This document shows, one piece after another, positions 59,330 through 64,000 of a stretch of DNA of 64,000 nucleotides. Position 1 is the first letter of the stretch, and every line of letters starts with the position of its first letter. The translations under genes were made by a program, and so were the position numbers. A model generated the notes under the pieces. That model searched no databases. It saw only the letters and a list, made by a program, of their open reading frames with translations, and had not been told where the DNA came from. This DNA is from Paragordius varius (lineage: Eukaryota > Animalia > Nematomorpha): positions 4,712,001-4,776,000 of the forward strand of contig OZ176058.1 of NCBI GenBank assembly GCA_964247055.1, written 5' to 3'.

Positions 59330-60700
59330 GTAAAATAATTTACCCATGAACATTTTCAAAATTCCTTAAACATTTAAATTAATTCGTACCCTTAAATCAA
59401 AATTTTAAATTTATGCCTTTTGATATTTCAAATTCAACCTATGGTATTTTTCAAATTTATCCTTAAACATTTTAAATTTAACCTATAATATTTTTCAAAT
59501 TTATCCTTAAAAATGTCAAAATTACAGTAAAAATTGATATAATTCGAACCCTTGAACATTTTTAAAACTTTAAAATTATCCTTAACCGTTTGAAATTCAA
59601 CCTATAATATTTATAAAATTTTAAATTTAATCTACATTTCAAATTTACAGTAATGAGATATTTACCCTGAAATATTTTCAAAATTTTAAATTTATTTTTC
59701 TTTTCAAATTTATCCTTAAACATTTCAAATTATCCATGAAAATTTCAAATTTAACAGTAAAAATTGTAATAATTCGCACCCTTGAACATGTTTGAAATTT
59801 TATATTTATCTTTAAACTTTTCAAATTTACAGTAAAAACTGTAACTCGCACCCTTGAACATTTTCGCAATTTCTAAACCATGTATAAACTGTTCTATATA
59901 GGAGGAAGGAAAATAAAGTAAAAATAAAGTGATAAGATTGAAATAATTTACCCTAAAAAGTTTTAAAATTCCTTAAACATTCCAGATTTACCTATAATAT
60001 TTTTCAAATTCATCCTTAAAATAATTTATACTTGATCAATTATCCAGATTTAACCAAAAATATTTTTAAATTTAAAACTATCCTTAAACATTTTAAACCT
60101 ATAATATTTCAAAAATACCCTTGTTCAAATCCCTTAAACTTTTAAAATTATCCTCAAACTTTTCAAATTCAATCTAAAATATTTCAAATTTATCCTTAAA
60201 CATTTCAAAAATACAGTAAAAATTGAAATAATTTGCACCCTTAAACATTTTAAAATTTTTCTTCAAAGATTCAACCTTAAATAATTCAAATTTATCCTTA
60301 AATTCAAATTTACAGTAAAAATTGAGATAATTTGCACCCTTGAACATTTTAAAGCAAATTTTAAATTAATCCTTAAATATTTCAAATTTATCCACTGAAA
60401 TAATTTACCCTTGAACATTATTAAAACTTTAAAATAATTCTTAAACATTTCAAATTTCACCTAAAATATTTTTCAAATTTATCCTTAAAAAATTCATTTT
60501 TACAGTGAAATTTGAAATACCCTTGGACATTTTCTTTTATCCTCAAAGAATTTTAAATTCAACCTACAATTTATATTTCAAATTTATCCTTAAAAATTTC
60601 AGTTTTACAGTAAATCTGAAATAATTTGCACCCTTGAACATTTTCAGAATTTAAATTTATCCTTAAACATTTTAAATTCAACTTATAATATTTCAAATTC
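59330..60700. repeat. Short-unit satellite related to MITE-2 subterminal repeats (TTCAAATTTATCCTTAAACAT / CACCCTTGAACAT)
   Basis: Degenerate tandem units; includes a copy of the RNF121 exon acceptor at ~59876-59927. Confidence 0.75.
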
Positions 60701-61580
60701 CTTAAATATTTCGAATATAAAGTAAAAACTGAATTTATACTATGGACAAAACGTAAAAATATAAAGACAGGTATATTTTCATAAAAGACAACCATATAAC
60801 CTTAAATTTTCTCATATAAATTATCTAATTACAAATTTATACTATATAATTGATTGAATCACTAAAATACATATCAATAAATATGCAATTTAAAACAGTA
60901 AGTTATGTTTTAATAGTTTAAAAAGTATGGTTGGTGGTTACCTATTAGAAAAAAATAGTTAATTTTTACGTTTTGTCTGTAATAAAATTTTAATATTAAC
61001 TGTAATTTACCCTTAAACAATTAAATATTTCAAATCAAATATTTTAAATTTCAATATAAAAAAATATTTATTACTGTATTTTTAACCATTTTTTACCTTC
61101 AAACATTTATATTTTTTCAATTTTTACTGTATTTTAAGTTAATTTATATCCATTTTTTTTAAATTCATTTCTTATTTTATATATCTTTTTTTAATTTTAA
61201 CAGTATTTAAACACATTTTGTTCAAAATTTTAATAAATTTTTACTGTATTTTACAATATTTTTGTAATATTTAAAACTACTTTTTCAAAAAAGATTAAAA
61301 AAACTAAAAATTTATAAAATTAAATTAAAAACCTGGGTGTATTAGGTTTCAGGGGTTTTTAAACACTTACCTACAACATGTAAAGTGTAATGATTAAATA
61401 AATTTTTATTTTTTTATATCTTACAATTTTTACTGTATTTTAAAGTAAATTTTTCCAACTTTTCAATTTTCAATATAAATATTATATTAATTTTTAAGTT
61501 TTAACAGTATTTAAATACATTTTTTTGAAAATTTACTATATATTTTACTATATTTTAAATTTTTTTTTAAACAATTTTTC

Positions 61581-64000
61581 TTTGATATTTGATATTTGAT
61601 ATTTGATGGCTTTTTGTCTTCAATTTTGAAGGTGTCCGTGAACGGTCTTATTCCAAAGGTCCTTATCTAGACATTTGGTAATGTCGAGGTTTAGGGTTTT
61701 TATGTCATTTTTAATGTTGTCGCTCCAGGAATGTGTTGGGCGCCCTTTGCGGTTGTTTCCAAAGGGTTGTATGTGCTTGATGGTTTGGAGTGGGTGGTCG
61801 GTTTGTCTTCTTTCAATGTGACCCAAGTATTTAAGCCTGCTTCTTTGTATAAACTTTTCTACTGTGTCATTTTTGTGTTTAATATGAATATTGTAGTCAG
61901 AACAGCAAGCTTTAACTATTTTGTTTTCCGTATTTATCATTTTGTCAAGATTTGTTTTGTTTAGGGGCCATGTTTCGGTGGCGTAGGTAAGAGCTGGTCT
62001 GACACCTGCTTTGTATATTAGCCATTTATTATTGTTAGATACATTTTTATTTTTAAGGACAAATTTTAGGGAATTGACTTTACCCCATGCTTGTTGGATA
62101 CGTTTCCGTATTGCTCCAGTTATATGACCTTTAGAGTCTATGACGTCTCCTAGGTATGTAAACTGGTCTACTTTTTCTATTGAGTTTTCGTCGATTGTCA
62201 TATATGTCGAGTGTGTTTGGGTTGTATTATTGTTTTTACAGTTGTCACATTTAAAGTTTATTTGTTCGTTGAGTTTGCCGGTGATTTTGGAGCATTTTTT
62301 GTGAACCCAGAATTTGCATTTGTTGCATTTTATTGAATTTGTTTTGACCTCTTTGTCGCAGATAGCGCATGGATATTTGGGGCGCTGCGTACGATCTCCT
62401 GATATCATTATTTTTGTTTTATTAATATTTATTTTCAGCCCATGGTTCTCTAAACAGATTTTCCATGTTCTGAATTTGTTTGAGATGTTTTCCATTGAAG
62501 TATCTGTTAAAACGATATCATCCGCGAAGATTAACTCCCAGGGCGGTTGAGTAGATATGTTTTTTGTTATACTGTCTAATATTATAATGAATAGTAATGG
62601 ACTAAGTACAGACCCTTGGTGTAGGCCAGTGTTTGTCTTGAAAGGTTCCGTGTCTCCTATTTGCGTGCGTACCATTGTAGTTGTATTTTCATAAAGGAGT
62701 AATATTATTTCTATTAGATATTCTTCGATGTAATTTTGTCTTAGGGCCCATTTAATTGTTGCCCTAGGAATATTATCAAAAGCTTTCTCCAGGTCTAGAA
62801 ATATGTGGAAAAGTTTTTGATTTTTTGAAAGGTATTTTTCCTGTAGTTGCCTGATTATGAAGATGGCATCTGTAGTGCTGTGTTCTTTACGAAATGCAAA
62901 CTGATTATTTGATATTGTAATGGTTTGTCTAAGGCGATTGTCAATGATGCTTTCAAATATTTTGAATGTGTGTTCTAAAAGTTTTAAGGGGCGGTATGAG
63001 GAGCAGACGAGACGATCCCCCTTATTTTTATATATAGGGATCGTTATACTTTTATTCCAGTCATGGGGAATTTCACGTTTGGTAAGAATTTCATTAAAAA
63101 AAGTTGTAAGGTAAGATGTTAAGCATGGTATTGGTTTAAGCAGATCGATTGATAGTTCGCTGGCACCTGACGACTTGTTTGGCTTCATTTTTTGTATTGC
63201 TTTTAATACTTCATTTTCTGTGATTTCGTGGATGGGTCCGCTCGTGGGTGGTTTTAGTGTTAAAGGGATTTTTAAATTGTTGGTTTGGTTCATTGATTTT
63301 TCTAAGCTTTCTTTCCATATCTTGATTACACTTTCTGGGTTAGAGATTATTTCATTCATATTGTTTTTTATACATTTGGTTTTAATGATGTCTTGTTTGT
63401 TTGAGTTTATATTCTTTATGTATTTAAAGATTTTTTTATTTTTAACCTGGTCCTCTAGTTTACTGGCCAGTTTTAGGCAATTTTCATTCATAGTTTTTCT
63501 AATTTCTTTCTGCGCTTTGTGTTTTGCGATGAGATATGTTTGTCTGTTTTTATCATTGCTATCCCTTTTCCATGCTTTGAAGGCGTCGTTTTTTTCTTTA
63601 GTAACCTCTTTTAATTCCTTTTTCCACCACCAATTTTTCTTTTTTCTATTGTATGGTTTGCATCTCCCACAAATATTATCTGCTGTTTTAACTATTGTTT
63701 TTAGGTTATCCCATCTTGAACCAATGGATTCATTGTTTTGCTGGAGCTTTTCGGATGCCTGGTTGATGTATTTGTTCCTGATTGTTTGATTTTGGAGTTT
63801 ATTGTGGTTGATTTTGGCAGGTCTTTGATATAAGGGTTTATTTTTTAGTTTTTTCAAGACTGCAATCACTATTTTGTGTTGAGTGAAGCTAGTTTGATGA
63901 GTTTTAATGTTAAGTAATTGTGGCCGTTTTATTTTAGGCAAAAGGATATAATCGATCATGGTAGATGAGTTTGCTGTTTGAAAAGTGGTAAGTTGATTGT
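61581..64000 (-). mobile_element. RTE-type non-LTR retrotransposon (LINE) in an RNF121 intron
   Basis: RT ORF plus a 3' tail of tandem TTTGATA x~4 (61581-61607 on +); short tandem-repeat tails are typical of RTE-type elements. Confidence 0.9.
61620..64000 (-). CDS. LINE APE-endonuclease end + reverse transcriptase + PHD-like Cys/His insert; ORF open to the window edge
   Basis: STMIDYIL (end of APE), KMKPNKSSG, FRKEHSTTDAIF, FLDLEKAFD, GLHQGSVLSPLLF, FADD, CAIC..C..C..WVHKKC..C..C; no stop upstream of the 63959 ATG within the window. Confidence 0.92.
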   Translation of the reverse strand, partial: NQLTTFQTANSSTMIDYILLPKIKRPQLLNIKTHQTSFTQHKIVIAVLKKLKNKPLYQRPAKINHNKLQNQTIRNKYINQASEKLQQNNESIGSRWDNLKTIVKTADNICGRCKPYNRKKKNWWWKKELKEVTKEKNDAFKAWKRDSNDKNRQTYLIAKHKAQKEIRKTMNENCLKLASKLEDQVKNKKIFKYIKNINSNKQDIIKTKCIKNNMNEIISNPESVIKIWKESLEKSMNQTNNLKIPLTLKPPTSGPIHEITENEVLKAIQKMKPNKSSGASELSIDLLKPIPCLTSYLTTFFNEILTKREIPHDWNKSITIPIYKNKGDRLVCSSYRPLKLLEHTFKIFESIIDNRLRQTITISNNQFAFRKEHSTTDAIFIIRQLQEKYLSKNQKLFHIFLDLEKAFDNIPRATIKWALRQNYIEEYLIEIILLLYENTTTMVRTQIGDTEPFKTNTGLHQGSVLSPLLFIIILDSITKNISTQPPWELIFADDIVLTDTSMENISNKFRTWKICLENHGLKININKTKIMISGDRTQRPKYPCAICDKEVKTNSIKCNKCKFWVHKKCSKITGKLNEQINFKCDNCKNNNTTQTHSTYMTIDENSIEKVDQFTYLGDVIDSKGHITGAIRKRIQQAWGKVNSLKFVLKNKNVSNNNKWLIYKAGVRPALTYATETWPLNKTNLDKMINTENKIVKACCSDYNIHIKHKNDTVEKFIQRSRLKYLGHIERRQTDHPLQTIKHIQPFGNNRKGRPTHSWSDNIKNDIKTLNLDITKCLDKDLWNKTVHGHLQN

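Noticed and set aside
61731-63789. Plus-strand ORFs including the 204-aa ORF at 63175
   Set aside because: Antisense shadows of the A-rich LINE ORF, which gives Phe/Leu-rich pseudo-proteins.

Overview
Very AT-rich eukaryotic (invertebrate animal) genomic DNA with spliceosomal introns; there are no prokaryotic features and the species cannot be determined from the sequence. Exons below were assembled by hand from GT/AG sites and codon phase. (1) The last exon of an upstream TRH-receptor-like GPCR paralog (264-1420). (2) A complete giant (~1,340 aa) TRHR-like class A GPCR gene (+, 3223-18038) with hugely expanded ECL2, ICL3 and C-tail. (3) A secreted SOUL/heme-binding-family gene (+, 20852-27081). 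(4) LSM7 (-, 30948-37875). (5) Frameshifted OSGEPL1 pseudogene fragments inside a ~3.4-kb palindrome, plus a SUGT1 pseudogene fragment. (6) The 3' exons of RNF121 (-, 49874-59305). (7) An RTE-type LINE whose ORF is still open at the window edge, a decayed gypsy integrase, and many MITEs/foldbacks. The most striking observation is that the large intronic satellites of LSM7 and RNF121 are built from tandemly amplified copies of the flanking exon edges, including splice sites. Many copies read as AG-[multiple-of-3, stop-free]-GT mini-exons, i.e. possible satellite-generated cassette-exon arrays. Whether they are actually spliced is untested.
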